Positions 41,953-51,262 of a DNA stretch of 64,000 bases are shown piece after piece. The first letter of the stretch is position 1, and every line of letters starts with the position of its first letter. The DNA lies in the sequence record PV231353.1; one strand, 5' to 3'. Below the pieces are notes generated by a model. The model made no database searches, was not told where the DNA came from, and saw only the letters and a list, made by a program, of their open reading frames with translations. A program made the position numbers and the translations under genes.

Positions 41953-44760
41953 TTACCCCTCACATGCCAAGCAGTCGGACGAGGCCGTCGGATTGAGGGC
42001 CAGCATCGCGGCCTCCTCGGCGGAGCCCTCGGTCACGGGGTCCTCGGCGATCTCGATCTTCTTGCGCTCGACCTTGGCGTTGGTGTTCTCGGCCCGCTTG
42101 GGGGTCGACGAGCGCAGGTAGTAGAAGGACTTGACGCCGGCGCCCTCGCCCCAGCCCAGGAAGTGGAGTTCCGAGAGGTACTCGGCGTCCGCGTCGTGGG
42201 GCACGAAGACGTTCAGGGACTGGCCCTGGCAGATCGACTTGGAGCGGTCGACCGCGAGGGTCACGACCCAGCGCTGGTCCATCTCGCGGGCGGTCCGATA
42301 GACCTTCAGGAGATGCAGGCGCTCGGCTTCCGGCATGGTCACGCCGTGCTCGGTCAGGAACTCGGGCGTGAAGTGCTGGATCGACCCCTCGGCCGCGACG
42401 ATCGACTTCCAGACCGCCTCGGTGTCCAGGCCCAGTTCGCCCAGGCGCTTCTTCAGCCAGCGGTTCTTGACGGCGAACGAGCCCGACAGGGTCTTGTGCA
42501 GGAAGGTGTTGGCCGGAATCGGCTCGATCGACGGCGAGGTGCCCCCGCAAAGGATCGAGGACGAGGCGTTGGGCGCCACGGCCAGCTTGTGGGCGAAGCG
42601 CTCGCCCGTGCCTTCCATGTCCGGAGCCTCGCCGCGTTCCTTGCCGAGCAGCAGGGAGGCCGCGTCGGCTTGCTTGCGCATGTGGACGAACAGTTCCAGG
42701 TTCAGCCGGCGGGCGGCGTGGCTCTCGAACGGGATGTCCAGCATCTGGAGCAGGGAGTGGAAGCCCAGGAGGCCCAGGCCCACCGAGCGCTCGCGGACGG
42801 CGCTGTAGGCGGCGCGGTGCATCTCGTCCGGCGCGTTGTCGATGAACACCTGGAGGCAGTTGTCCAACATACGCATGAGGTCTTCGATGAAGGTCGGGTG
42901 ATCCCGCCATTCCGGCCACTTCTCGGCGTTGACGCTGGAGAGGCAGCAGACGGCGGTCCGCATCTTGCCGAAGATGTCGCGGCCCGAGCCCAGCATGATC
43001 TCCGAGCAGTTGCCCGTCAGATAGCCGTTGAAGACCAGACGGTGGCGCAGGGGCTCGGTCGCGCAGAAGACGTCGGCCTTGTGCGCGAGCGGATGGACGT
43101 CGGCGACCGTCGCCGCCAGGATCGAGGCCACCCCGATCGCGGCGTCGCGCGGCTCGATCGCGTGGGCCAGGACGATGCCGCGATCCGACAGATAGGCCAC
43201 ATCCCACTCGGCGAGCGAGAAGGCGCTGACCGTGTCGGTCAGGCGGATGCGCGGGTGCAGGCCGGACTCGATGGCCATGAGGCGCATCTGGCGGATCAGG
43301 TCGACGTCGGTCGAGCCCACGGTCAGCCAACGCACGCCGTCGATCTCGACCCACTCGCCGGCCGCGTCCAGGGCGCCGGCCAGCCACGTCAGGCGGCGTT
43401 CGACGGTCCAGGCGAATGGCACCACGCCGGGATTGATCACCTGCGGGTCAAAGCGCAGGGTCGTGCCGTGCTCGTCGCCTTCCAGGTTGGTCGACAGCGT
43501 CGACAGGCGCTTGAGCACCTCGCCCGGCAGGCTCGCGGGCACGAAGGCCGACAGCCGGTTCTTGTCGTCGAAGCCGGCGAAGGTCGTCCACCCGGCGGCA
43601 TAGGCCTGCTCGATCGGCGGCGTCGCCTCGGCCAGCCCCTCGATCACCGGCGCCTGGGCCTTGGCCAGCACGGTCCCGAGCTTCAGTTCGCCGGCCCGCA
43701 CCTCCACGCCGTCCTGGGTGTAGAACTTGTGGTAGGGGGTGCAGTCGAGATAGTCGCCATCCTCGAACCAGACGCGCACCAGCGCGGCCTTCTCGTCGGT
43801 GGGGTTGGTCTGCTGGATCAGGACGCGGCTGAATTCCTCGCCGTTCCAGACGTCGTGGTATTCGCCCTTCAGGGCCTCGATCGGCAGGTGGCCGTTGCGG
43901 GTCAGGATTTCGGTCTCGCCGGTCACGCAGAGGTTCGACTGGCGGACCTTGAGGCCGAGCTTCTTCTGCGCCTCGGGGAAGTGGCGGTTGGAGGTGTCGA
44001 TGAAGTGGATGTAGGGCTCGCCCGTCTGCATCCGCGTCTCGATCAGCAGGCGCCACAGTTCGCGCGCCCGCTCGACGCGGATCACCTCGCCGGTCTTGGG
44101 CGAGCGCAGGGCGAACTCGGTGTCGTCGCGCACCGCGATCATGAACTCGTCGGTGACGTTGACGGCGTTGTGCAGGTTGGTGATCTTGCGGTTCTGGTCG
44201 CCGCCGGTAGGCTTGCGGGCCGTGATGAACTCGCGGATTTCCGGGTGGCTGATGTCCAGATAGACGGCGTTGGAGCCCCGGCGCGTGCCGCCTTGGCTGA
44301 CGGCGAGAATCAGGCGATCGTCCACCGCCATGAACGGGATCACGCCGGTCGACTGCGAACCCTTCGAGGTCTTCTCGCCCAGGCCGCGCAGGGCGCCGTA
44401 GTAGGAGCCGATGCCGCCGCCCATCGACGAGAGCCAGATGACCTCGTCATAGTGCTCGGAGATCGACTCGCGGCTGTCCTCGATCGCGGTGAGGAAGCAG
44501 GAGATCGGCAGGCCGCGCGCGGACCCGCCGTTCGACAGCAGGGGCGTGGCGAACATGAACCAGAGGTTCGAGACATAGTCGTAGAGCCGCTGGCCGTGCT
44601 CGGCGTCATCCGCGAAGGCCGCACTCGCGCGCGCGAAGGCCTCCTGGGGCGAGCTTTCCCCAGGCAGCAGATAGCGTTCACGGAGGGTCTGAAGGGTGAA
44701 GTCGTCGAGCAGGGCGTCGCGGGTGAGATCGATCTTGATTTCGGAGGGTGCGACAGCCAT
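41953..44760 (-). CDS. nrdA: Ribonucleotide reductase alpha subunit with intein, no ATP-cone
   Basis: ATP..SNGG, ISCFL, GGGIG, QGG.RRG, SNL[intein]CSEI, APNASSS, QGQSLN, YY.RS motifs, C-terminal CLACEG; start taken at ATG 44760. Confidence 0.95.
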   Translation of the reverse strand: MAVAPSEIKIDLTRDALLDDFTLQTLRERYLLPGESSPQEAFARASAAFADDAEHGQRLYDYVSNLWFMFATPLLSNGGSARGLPISCFLTAIEDSRESISEHYDEVIWLSSMGGGIGSYYGALRGLGEKTSKGSQSTGVIPFMAVDDRLILAVSQGGTRRGSNAVYLDISHPEIREFITARKPTGGDQNRKITNLHNAVNVTDEFMIAVRDDTEFALRSPKTGEVIRVERARELWRLLIETRMQTGEPYIHFIDTSNRHFPEAQKKLGLKVRQSNLCVTGETEILTRNGHLPIEALKGEYHDVWNGEEFSRVLIQQTNPTDEKAALVRVWFEDGDYLDCTPYHKFYTQDGVEVRAGELKLGTVLAKAQAPVIEGLAEATPPIEQAYAAGWTTFAGFDDKNRLSAFVPASLPGEVLKRLSTLSTNLEGDEHGTTLRFDPQVINPGVVPFAWTVERRLTWLAGALDAAGEWVEIDGVRWLTVGSTDVDLIRQMRLMAIESGLHPRIRLTDTVSAFSLAEWDVAYLSDRGIVLAHAIEPRDAAIGVASILAATVADVHPLAHKADVFCATEPLRHRLVFNGYLTGNCSEIMLGSGRDIFGKMRTAVCCLSSVNAEKWPEWRDHPTFIEDLMRMLDNCLQVFIDNAPDEMHRAAYSAVRERSVGLGLLGFHSLLQMLDIPFESHAARRLNLELFVHMRKQADAASLLLGKERGEAPDMEGTGERFAHKLAVAPNASSSILCGGTSPSIEPIPANTFLHKTLSGSFAVKNRWLKKRLGELGLDTEAVWKSIVAAEGSIQHFTPEFLTEHGVTMPEAERLHLLKVYRTAREMDQRWVVTLAVDRSKSICQGQSLNVFVPHDADAEYLSELHFLGWGEGAGVKSFYYLRSSTPKRAENTNAKVERKKIEIAEDPVTEGSAEEAAMLALNPTASSDCLACEG
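43009..43929 (-). mobile_element. Intein (307 aa) in NrdA with a degenerate LAGLIDADG-type endonuclease
   Basis: QSNL|CVTGET...NGYLTGN|CSEI; internal YAAGWTTFAG and WLAGALDAAG blocks. Confidence 0.92.
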
Positions 44761-44866
44761 GGGGTCTCGTTCTCGCGTCGAGGCGCGATGCGTTAAAAAG
44801 CCCTGAGAAATCAGGGCCTTAGATTGACAGCAAAGGATGGTTAAGATAGCCTGAGGGGTCCCGAAA

Positions 44867-44881
44867 GTCAAGATTCACGAC
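44867..44881 (-). promoter_or_regulatory. GTCGTGAATCTTGAC motif, nrdA promoter
   Basis: Perfect copy on the - strand, followed by N15-GCTATC. Confidence 0.8.
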
Positions 44882-44922
44882 ACTCGTGAACCCCTCAAAG
44901 ATTCCTTGACAGCCCCTCGGAT

Positions 44923-45174
44923 TTACTCGTCGGCGAACTTCATTCCGGCCGCCTGGAGGATGTCCTTGGTATTGCAGGGCTTTCCATCCAGGAGGAAACA
45001 GAGGCGGGTTTCGCGGACCCGATCCCCCAGCGCGGCGATCGCGCGTTCGAGGACCGTCATCCCATCGCCGAGGGGAGCGATCAGGGCTCCGGTCTCGCGC
45101 GGAAGGCGAGGGCCGCTGCCCTTCGCCTCCTTCGGGGCCTTGCTCCGCTTACCGGACAACGCCAGCCACCCCAA
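44923..45174 (-). CDS. Hypothetical protein (start uncertain)
   Basis: Overlaps the upstream gene end; typical codon use. Confidence 0.65.
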   Translation of the reverse strand: MGWLALSGKRSKAPKEAKGSGPRLPRETGALIAPLGDGMTVLERAIAALGDRVRETRLCFLLDGKPCNTKDILQAAGMKFADE

Positions 45175-45496
45175 CCACCGCCTGGAACTCGGCCAGGGCT
45201 TGGTCGACGTCGTGCCCGGCGGCGATCTTCGCCGAGAGGTCCGCGACGGCGGTGTTGACCCGGTCGAGTTCGGCCTTGAAGTAGTCCGGGGTCTCCTTCA
45301 GGATGTTGACCAGCGCCAGGGTGACGATGTCGACCACCGGGATGCGGATGGTCTCGCCGTCGGCTTCGTTGAACGAGGCCAGCGACAGGCCGATGGTGAA
45401 GCCGCTCGGATTATCCGGCGTCTCGGTCAGGGCCAGGACCGCTTGGGCGAGCGAGCGCTCTTCTTGGACCTGGATGTCTTCAGTGGGGGAGGTCAT
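45149..45496 (-). CDS. Hypothetical protein
   Basis: 115 aa; AGGA SD. Confidence 0.8.
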   Translation of the reverse strand: MTSPTEDIQVQEERSLAQAVLALTETPDNPSGFTIGLSLASFNEADGETIRIPVVDIVTLALVNILKETPDYFKAELDRVNTAVADLSAKIAAGHDVDQALAEFQAVVGVAGVVR

Positions 45497-45785
45497 GGGA
45501 TTCCTGCTGCATGAGGAGGGTGATGCGGTTGACGGCGTCGACTTCGCTGATCGGCCCGGCCTTCAACAGGGCGTCGATCGTGTCGGCGATCACCCCCTGC
45601 TGGTCGAGGGTCATGATCGCAAGGCCGTAGAGCAGCGCCTGGGACGCGTGGCGCCGGACGCTCGGAGTGGTGTGGTGGATGATCAGGTCGGCCTCGGCGC
45701 GATCCCCGCTGGCGGGCACGAAGGCCGAAAGCGAGAATTCCGGGGCCAGATCGTCCGGGATATCGAGAGGGGCGGGGGAGGACAT
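45480..45785 (-). CDS. Hypothetical protein
   Basis: 101 aa; follows a motif copy. Confidence 0.8.
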   Translation of the reverse strand: MSSPAPLDIPDDLAPEFSLSAFVPASGDRAEADLIIHHTTPSVRRHASQALLYGLAIMTLDQQGVIADTIDALLKAGPISEVDAVNRITLLMQQESHDLPH

Positions 45786-45823
45786 GCTCGGCTCCGGTGA
45801 TGTCGTGTCTCCTGACGATTGAT

Positions 45824-45838
45824 GTCAGGATTCACGAC
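45824..45838 (-). promoter_or_regulatory. Motif variant GTCGTGAATCCTGAC
   Basis: One mismatch to the consensus; 39 nt upstream of ATG 45785. Confidence 0.6.
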
Positions 45839-45852
45839 ATCGGTCAACAAGG

Positions 45853-46812
45853 TTAATTCGCCGCAGGGGCGTCCCAGACGGCTTCGCCCGGCACGAACTT
45901 GCGGAACTGCTGGAAGCCCCGGAAATTGCCTTGGTGCGCCTTGGTCAGCGCGTCGCCCGGACGGGCGGCGCGGGCTTGGTGCTCCAGCGGCGAGGCGTGG
46001 ACCGGCTGGGAGGCGGCCAGCTTCAGGAAGGTCCCGACGTCACGGGTGATCGAGGCCTTGGAGCCGTCGAAGTCGCGATAGCTGGCGCGCGCGCAGCGCG
46101 ACGCCGACGAGACGATCAGGAGGCGGTCGATCTCGGAGACCTCGCGCAGATTGACGAAGGCGAAGTCGATCAGGCCCAGATTGTAGTCGGCCTGAGCCCG
46201 CTCGTTGCGCAGGAAGCGCGAGATCGTGTCGATGTCCTCTTCCAGGTTGATGAACGGCAGGTGCCATTCGCCCGGCCGCAGCAGGCGCGGGGTCTGGGCG
46301 TACAGGTCCGCCTTGATCCGCCGCGCCAGGGTCTGGATTTCGTCCTGGGCGCCGGCGTCGTCGCGCAGGGTCAGGAAGTTGATCCAGTCGGTGGCCGAGA
46401 CCACGACCGAGATGTAGCCGAACCATTCGGTGGCGCGGTTGACCCACTGCTTATGGATGTTGAGGCCGCCTTCCTCGCGCGGCAGGCCCAGCTTGGCGAC
46501 GCCGGCGCGCACCGCGTCCGCCATCTCCATCCAGATCGCCTCGGCCGCCTCCTGGTCGGCGTTCGACAGATACTCGCCCGGTTGCATGCCCGGCTTGTTC
46601 TCGCGGAACAGCGGCACGTAGGGCTCGTCCAGCAGCATCTTCTTGAGCGGGATGGCCCGGCTCGACGAGGCGTTGCGGCTGAACACCCGATGGGTCATGA
46701 AGTCGGCGTGGACCATGCGCGGATAGCGCAGCAGCAGACTGTCCAGGCGCTTGCCGTCCTGGGTGATCGACGCGGCCAGCGGCGTAGTTTGAACGAAATC
46801 GAGGGTCGGCAT
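45853..46812 (-). CDS. thyX: Flavin-dependent thymidylate synthase
   Basis: THRVFSRNASSSRA (ThyX motif), W.NF..LR....AQ.EI, HASPLEHQA. Confidence 0.9.
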   Translation of the reverse strand: MPTLDFVQTTPLAASITQDGKRLDSLLLRYPRMVHADFMTHRVFSRNASSSRAIPLKKMLLDEPYVPLFRENKPGMQPGEYLSNADQEAAEAIWMEMADAVRAGVAKLGLPREEGGLNIHKQWVNRATEWFGYISVVVSATDWINFLTLRDDAGAQDEIQTLARRIKADLYAQTPRLLRPGEWHLPFINLEEDIDTISRFLRNERAQADYNLGLIDFAFVNLREVSEIDRLLIVSSASRCARASYRDFDGSKASITRDVGTFLKLAASQPVHASPLEHQARAARPGDALTKAHQGNFRGFQQFRKFVPGEAVWDAPAAN

Positions 46813-46815
46813 GGA

Positions 46816-47352
46816 TCAGTCCTGGTCGGCGTCGAGCACGATCATGGCGATCGCGTTGTGGAGATCGTCGATCCCCCGGTCGTTGGTGATGGTCCAGTCG
46901 GGGACGATCAGGTCCATCTCCAGTTCGGAGGCGTGCTGGGAGGCGGCGTCCTTGGTGACCTTGCGCGGGTCCTCGACGCGGATGATCCGGCCCTTCAGCG
47001 CCCGCACGGCGGCGGCCTCGTTCAGGAAGCGGCAGTCCGAGCAGACGACATGGCTGTAGCCGCCGGCCGCCCGCTTGAAGGCCTCGATCCAGGTGTCCGA
47101 CTCATAGGAGCGGAACATCTCGGTGCCGATCTTCTGGAGGATGTCGCGGGGGCTCTTGAAGGGGTAGCGGTCCAGGACCTGCTCCTTCAGCACGGGGTCC
47201 GACATCTCAAGGTCGGTCACCCCGTAGGCGATCTTGGCGATCTCCCGCAGCGGGTCGGCGAAGTTGATGTGGCGATAGCCGGCGGCTTCCAGGCGGCGCG
47301 CGGCCGTCGTCTTGCCGTGCCCGCGCTTGCCAGTGATGGCGATCAGGTCCAT
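46816..47352 (-). CDS. Deoxynucleoside monophosphate kinase
   Basis: ITGKRGHGKTT, FADPL, R.ILQKIGTE, SDCRF.NE, H.SE motifs. Confidence 0.93.
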   Translation of the reverse strand: MDLIAITGKRGHGKTTAARRLEAAGYRHINFADPLREIAKIAYGVTDLEMSDPVLKEQVLDRYPFKSPRDILQKIGTEMFRSYESDTWIEAFKRAAGGYSHVVCSDCRFLNEAAAVRALKGRIIRVEDPRKVTKDAASQHASELEMDLIVPDWTITNDRGIDDLHNAIAMIVLDADQD

Positions 47353-47361
47353 GGGGGTCTC

Positions 47362-48696
47362 CTAGCGAAGGATGGTGAGGGTCTTGGCCGCGCGGGTGAT
47401 GCCCGTGTAGAGCCACTTGTCTTCGTCGGCCCGGAAGCAGCCGCTTTCGTCGATCAGGACGACGTCGTCCCACTGCGAGCCCTGGCTGGCGTGGCAGGTG
47501 ATTGCGTAGGCCCAGTCGGCGACGATCGAGCTTTTCAGCGCCCGCCAAGCCTTCTGCTCGGGAGCGGTGTAGCCCTTGTTGGTGCGCGAGAAGTGCTCCT
47601 CGAACATCCCCTGGAACATCGTCTTGTCGTGGTACTCGACACCGTTCTCGTCGCTGAACGAGCCCAGGAACGTCGCGTCGCCGTGGGTGAACTCGACCGA
47701 CTTGAGCGAGGTCACCTCGGTGCCGTTGGTCAGGTCCGGGTTGTCGCGGACGTTCTTACGGATGATCAGCGGCTCGTTCTTCTGAGGCCCGACGCGTTCG
47801 CCGGGATAGTCGACGTAGCCGAACTCCGAACGCAGTTGCTGATTGACGTTCCAGCGCGTCTTGTTGCGACCCACGATGAACTGCGGGCGGTCCTCGAAGT
47901 CGAAGACCTCCTCGTATTCGGCGCGGCGCATCACTTTGACGCCGCCTCCGTAGTCACGGAACGGCAGGTCCTTGCCCTCGCGCGCCAGGGTCGACAGGTG
48001 GATGATCGGATTGTCCTTGGCCTGCCGGTGGATTTCCGACAGGAAGAAGTCGGGGTCATTGGCGAGCAGGCCCGCGTCGTCCTCGACCGGCGGAAGCTGC
48101 CCCGGATCGCCCATGGCGAAGATGGGCACCCCGTATTCCATCAGGTCGTCGGTCATCCGGCGCCCGACCATGGACGCCTCGTCGACGACGATCAGGCTCG
48201 CCAACTGGATGGCGCTGTCGGGGTTCAGTTGGAAGTTGATCTTGTCCTCGCGGTAGGCCGCGCTGAGTTCGGCCTCCAGGCGCTTGATCAGCTTCTTTTG
48301 CGTGAAGATGTGCTGGTCCTTGTCCGGATCGCCGCCTTCCATGGCGCAGATGTAGAGCGCTTCGCTGAGCGCTTCCCGGTGGTTTTCCAGGTCGGTTTCG
48401 AGTTGTGAGATCGGGGCCGGCTTGGCGCGGTAGATCGCCGAATGGATCGTGCCCGCGTTGGTGTTGGCGTAGCCCTGGGCCTTCAGCTTGGTCCGCATGA
48501 CCTTGGCGGCCTTGCCCGTCGGGGCGACGAAGGCCACGGTCTCGGGCGCGATGCCGAGGCTGTCGAGAATGAACGGCAGGATGGTGGACTTGCCCGAGCC
48601 GGCGAAGCCGGTCATCGTCGTCAGGGGTTGCCCGTCCTTGATCTTTTCGACAACGACCTTGCGGGCCGTGTCCTGTTGTGCGCTGAGCGTAGTCAT
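47362..48696 (-). CDS. RecD/Dda-like SF1 helicase
   Basis: GFAGSGKST, APTGKAA, TIHS.IY, VDEASMV, GDPGQLPPV, YAITCHASQGSQW motifs. Confidence 0.93.
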   Translation of the reverse strand: MTTLSAQQDTARKVVVEKIKDGQPLTTMTGFAGSGKSTILPFILDSLGIAPETVAFVAPTGKAAKVMRTKLKAQGYANTNAGTIHSAIYRAKPAPISQLETDLENHREALSEALYICAMEGGDPDKDQHIFTQKKLIKRLEAELSAAYREDKINFQLNPDSAIQLASLIVVDEASMVGRRMTDDLMEYGVPIFAMGDPGQLPPVEDDAGLLANDPDFFLSEIHRQAKDNPIIHLSTLAREGKDLPFRDYGGGVKVMRRAEYEEVFDFEDRPQFIVGRNKTRWNVNQQLRSEFGYVDYPGERVGPQKNEPLIIRKNVRDNPDLTNGTEVTSLKSVEFTHGDATFLGSFSDENGVEYHDKTMFQGMFEEHFSRTNKGYTAPEQKAWRALKSSIVADWAYAITCHASQGSQWDDVVLIDESGCFRADEDKWLYTGITRAAKTLTILR

Positions 48697-48769
48697 CGGA
48701 GACTTTCGGACGAGACGAGGGAACCCGCCCGGCGCGTCCGGGCGGGTTGGTCGAAGGGATCAGGAGCGC

Positions 48770-49858
48770 TTAGAAGCGACCCCGGCCGCGCGAGGCGCGT
48801 TCGGTGCGCTCCTCGCCTTCGTCCTCGTCGTCGCGACCCCGGCCGCGCGTCGGACGCTCGTCACGCTCGTCCTCCTCGTCGCGGCTGCGACGGGCGGGAC
48901 GCTCGTCACGTTCCTCGCGGTCGTCGTCGCGGCTGCGGCGAGCCGGGCGCTCGTCTTCCTCGTCGCGCGAGCGACGGGCCGGACGTTCGTCCTCGTCGTC
49001 ACGGCTGCGGCGGGCGGGACGCTCTTCCGGTTCGTCGTCGCGCGCGGCGCGGCGGCTCGAACGCTCTTCGCGCTCCTCCGGCTCGTCATCGCGGCTGCGG
49101 CGGCTCGAACGCTCTTCGCGCTCTTCGCGGTCGTCGTCACGCGAACGACGGGCCGGACGCTCGTCCTCGTCGTCGCGGCTGCGACGCGAGCGCTTGTCCT
49201 CGACGGCCTTGGGCTTGTCGTCGTAGTCGTCCGGCGTGCCTTCCAGCAGCGCGGCCAGTTCCGTCTCCGGCATCCAGCGCACGATCTTGAACTTCGGCGC
49301 GTACTTGGTGACCTTCCGGCCGCCCTTGGTCTTGCCCTCGAAGGGGTTGGAGTCCAGGGCGATGATCGGCACCTCGCCGGGGTGGTTGCGGAAGCTGTTG
49401 CCGAAGTCCTTCAGGAACGCGGCCAGCGCCCGGCGCTTGGAGACGTTGTTGGCCTGGAAGACCATCTCGACGTAGGGCTCGTCGATCAGACGGAAATCGA
49501 TCGTGTACTGCTCGACCGGGCCGTCTTCCTCGCCGTAGGGACCGTGGTCCGGCAGGCTGTTCTTCGACGGCTGCGGGCCGTCTTGCAGGGCGACCATTTC
49601 TTCGTAGACGACCTTGCCGTCCACCCAGATCACCCAGCCGCGCTTGTAGGAGCGCAGGTTGGCGGCCATTTCGGTGCCGTTCTTCAGCGGCTCGTCTTCG
49701 GCGCCGTAGGAGTACGTGCCGTCGTTGCCGTCGAACTTCATGAAGGCCTTGCCGTCGCCGCCGCCCTTGAGGTTGTTGGCCTCGTTGGCGATCGCGGCGT
49801 AGAAATCGTCCTGGCTGGCCAGATAGCCGCCGGCCGAACGCGTGGTGAGTTCACCCAT
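48770..49858 (-). CDS. Putative ssDNA-binding protein with an R/D/E repeat tail
   Basis: OB-like N-terminal part (MKF.G.DG.Y..G; Y.PKF.IV.W); C-terminal ERPARRSRDD repeats; lies between the nuclease and helicase. Confidence 0.75.
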   Translation of the reverse strand: MGELTTRSAGGYLASQDDFYAAIANEANNLKGGGDGKAFMKFDGNDGTYSYGAEDEPLKNGTEMAANLRSYKRGWVIWVDGKVVYEEMVALQDGPQPSKNSLPDHGPYGEEDGPVEQYTIDFRLIDEPYVEMVFQANNVSKRRALAAFLKDFGNSFRNHPGEVPIIALDSNPFEGKTKGGRKVTKYAPKFKIVRWMPETELAALLEGTPDDYDDKPKAVEDKRSRRSRDDEDERPARRSRDDDREEREERSSRRSRDDEPEEREERSSRRAARDDEPEERPARRSRDDEDERPARRSRDEEDERPARRSRDDDREERDERPARRSRDEEDERDERPTRGRGRDDEDEGEERTERASRGRGRF

Positions 49859-49970
49859 TTGCTGATACCTATTTTCTGTGGAGTTCCTCGGAGGCGCGAG
49901 TGCCTCCGAGGCTGTTACTAGGACTAGGCTGAGACTAGGCTAGGACTGGTGGAAGACTTCGTAAGTTGAG

Positions 49971-51107
49971 CTACTCCTCGTCCGCCTTCTGAGCACCCTT
50001 TTCAGAGATGTTCAGGCGACCGTGGCCTTCGCCTTCCCTCATGTAGTCTTCGATGTTGAGACCATTTTCCGCCAGCGCTTCGCGAACGGCGTTGGTGTCG
50101 AGGGTCTTGCGACCCTTGATCCACGAGATGGAGGCCTTGATCTTTCCGTCTGCCGACTTCGCGACCCGGACTCCGGTGTTGTGGAACCACTGCTTCAGAG
50201 CCTCCGAAGCAGCCTTGTGTCCCACTTCGGCCGCCTTTTTCGCAGCCGAGGCGCACCGCTCCTCGGCCACAAGGCGTTCGAATTCTTCCAGGATCGGCGC
50301 GGGCGTCGTCTTCGAGTTGGCCTCGCCGGTCGTGGGGGTGGACTTCTTGGTCGTCTGGGCGCAGGCGACCTTGAACGGGCAGTAGGTGCAGGAGCTATCG
50401 ATCTTGCCCTCGGCCATGACCTCCGCCGGGTCCTTGATGGCGAAGACGTCGCGCGCGCGCTGCATGGCGACGTCGAACACCTTCTGGTCGAAGGGGACGA
50501 CGAACACCTCGATGTCGTCGAAGAACGAAGCGTCGATGTAGATGATGACCGCGTAGTTGGGCCGCCAGGACGAAAGCTGGCGCGTCAATCCCATCTGGAC
50601 GATCGTCTGACCCCTATGGATGCTTTTCTCCTCCTTCAGGTTCACCCGAGGATCGATCGACTTGATCTCCAGGTTGAAGCAGTTGGAGGGGTGCTCGACG
50701 TCCTTGCGCGAGCCGCCCAGGGAGGCGATGCCGTACTCGGCCAGGGCGTCATCGTCGGCGTAGATCACCAGACCGTCGGGCGTGGCCGACAGGGGCGCTT
50801 CGGGCGAGATGAGGGTCCGCTGGTTCGCGCCGCCCCAGATCAACTGGGCGTCGCGGGTCAGGTTCTCGGTGATCCACTTCACGCCGGGCTCGACGAAGTA
50901 GTTCTCGATCAGGTCGCCGCGTTGCAGCGCGCCCCAGGACTGCTCGTAGTCCGGGTCCTTCGGGGCGCCGTGCTTGGCGAACCACACCTTGCGCAGGCAC
51001 CCGAACGCCTCCGAGGCGCCGACCGACTTGCTGCGGTCGTGCTTCCACACCTTCTGGTGGGCCTCGACGTATTCGTTAAACCCGGATTTGAAGTTGATCG
51101 CAGCCAT
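49971..51107 (-). CDS. PD-(D/E)XK (Cas4/RecB-like) exonuclease
   Basis: ASE..GCLR, ATPDG, LEIKS, QTIVQM, C.YCPF...C motifs. Confidence 0.88.
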   Translation of the reverse strand: MAAINFKSGFNEYVEAHQKVWKHDRSKSVGASEAFGCLRKVWFAKHGAPKDPDYEQSWGALQRGDLIENYFVEPGVKWITENLTRDAQLIWGGANQRTLISPEAPLSATPDGLVIYADDDALAEYGIASLGGSRKDVEHPSNCFNLEIKSIDPRVNLKEEKSIHRGQTIVQMGLTRQLSSWRPNYAVIIYIDASFFDDIEVFVVPFDQKVFDVAMQRARDVFAIKDPAEVMAEGKIDSSCTYCPFKVACAQTTKKSTPTTGEANSKTTPAPILEEFERLVAEERCASAAKKAAEVGHKAASEALKQWFHNTGVRVAKSADGKIKASISWIKGRKTLDTNAVREALAENGLNIEDYMREGEGHGRLNISEKGAQKADEE

Positions 51108-51178
51108 CGCGCACCGTCACATTTCTCTGGTATCGTGACTTGGGTTCATCCAGGGTCACGGGCCTGGGGCGCGGCGCG

Positions 51179-51262
51179 CTAGGGGCGATCGAGCTTGTTA
51201 CGCAGCCAGATCAGGAAGGCGGCCCCGATGCAGCCAACGGCGATCCAAAAGAGGTCGGTCAC
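51179..51262 (-). CDS. 27-aa single-TM peptide MTDLFWIAVGCIGAAFLIWLRNKLDRP
   Basis: GTGA overlap with the exonuclease stop; hydrophobic core and basic tail. Confidence 0.55.
   Translation of the reverse strand: MTDLFWIAVGCIGAAFLIWLRNKLDRP

Noticed and set aside
44824-44850. Antisense + strand promoter overlapping the nrdA promoter
   Set aside because: TTGACA is present but there is no convincing -10 at the spacing seen elsewhere and no downstream + feature.
49971-51107. CRISPR-Cas system from the Cas4-like nuclease
   Set aside because: No repeat-spacer array or other cas genes in the window; solo Cas4/RecB-like nucleases are common in phages.
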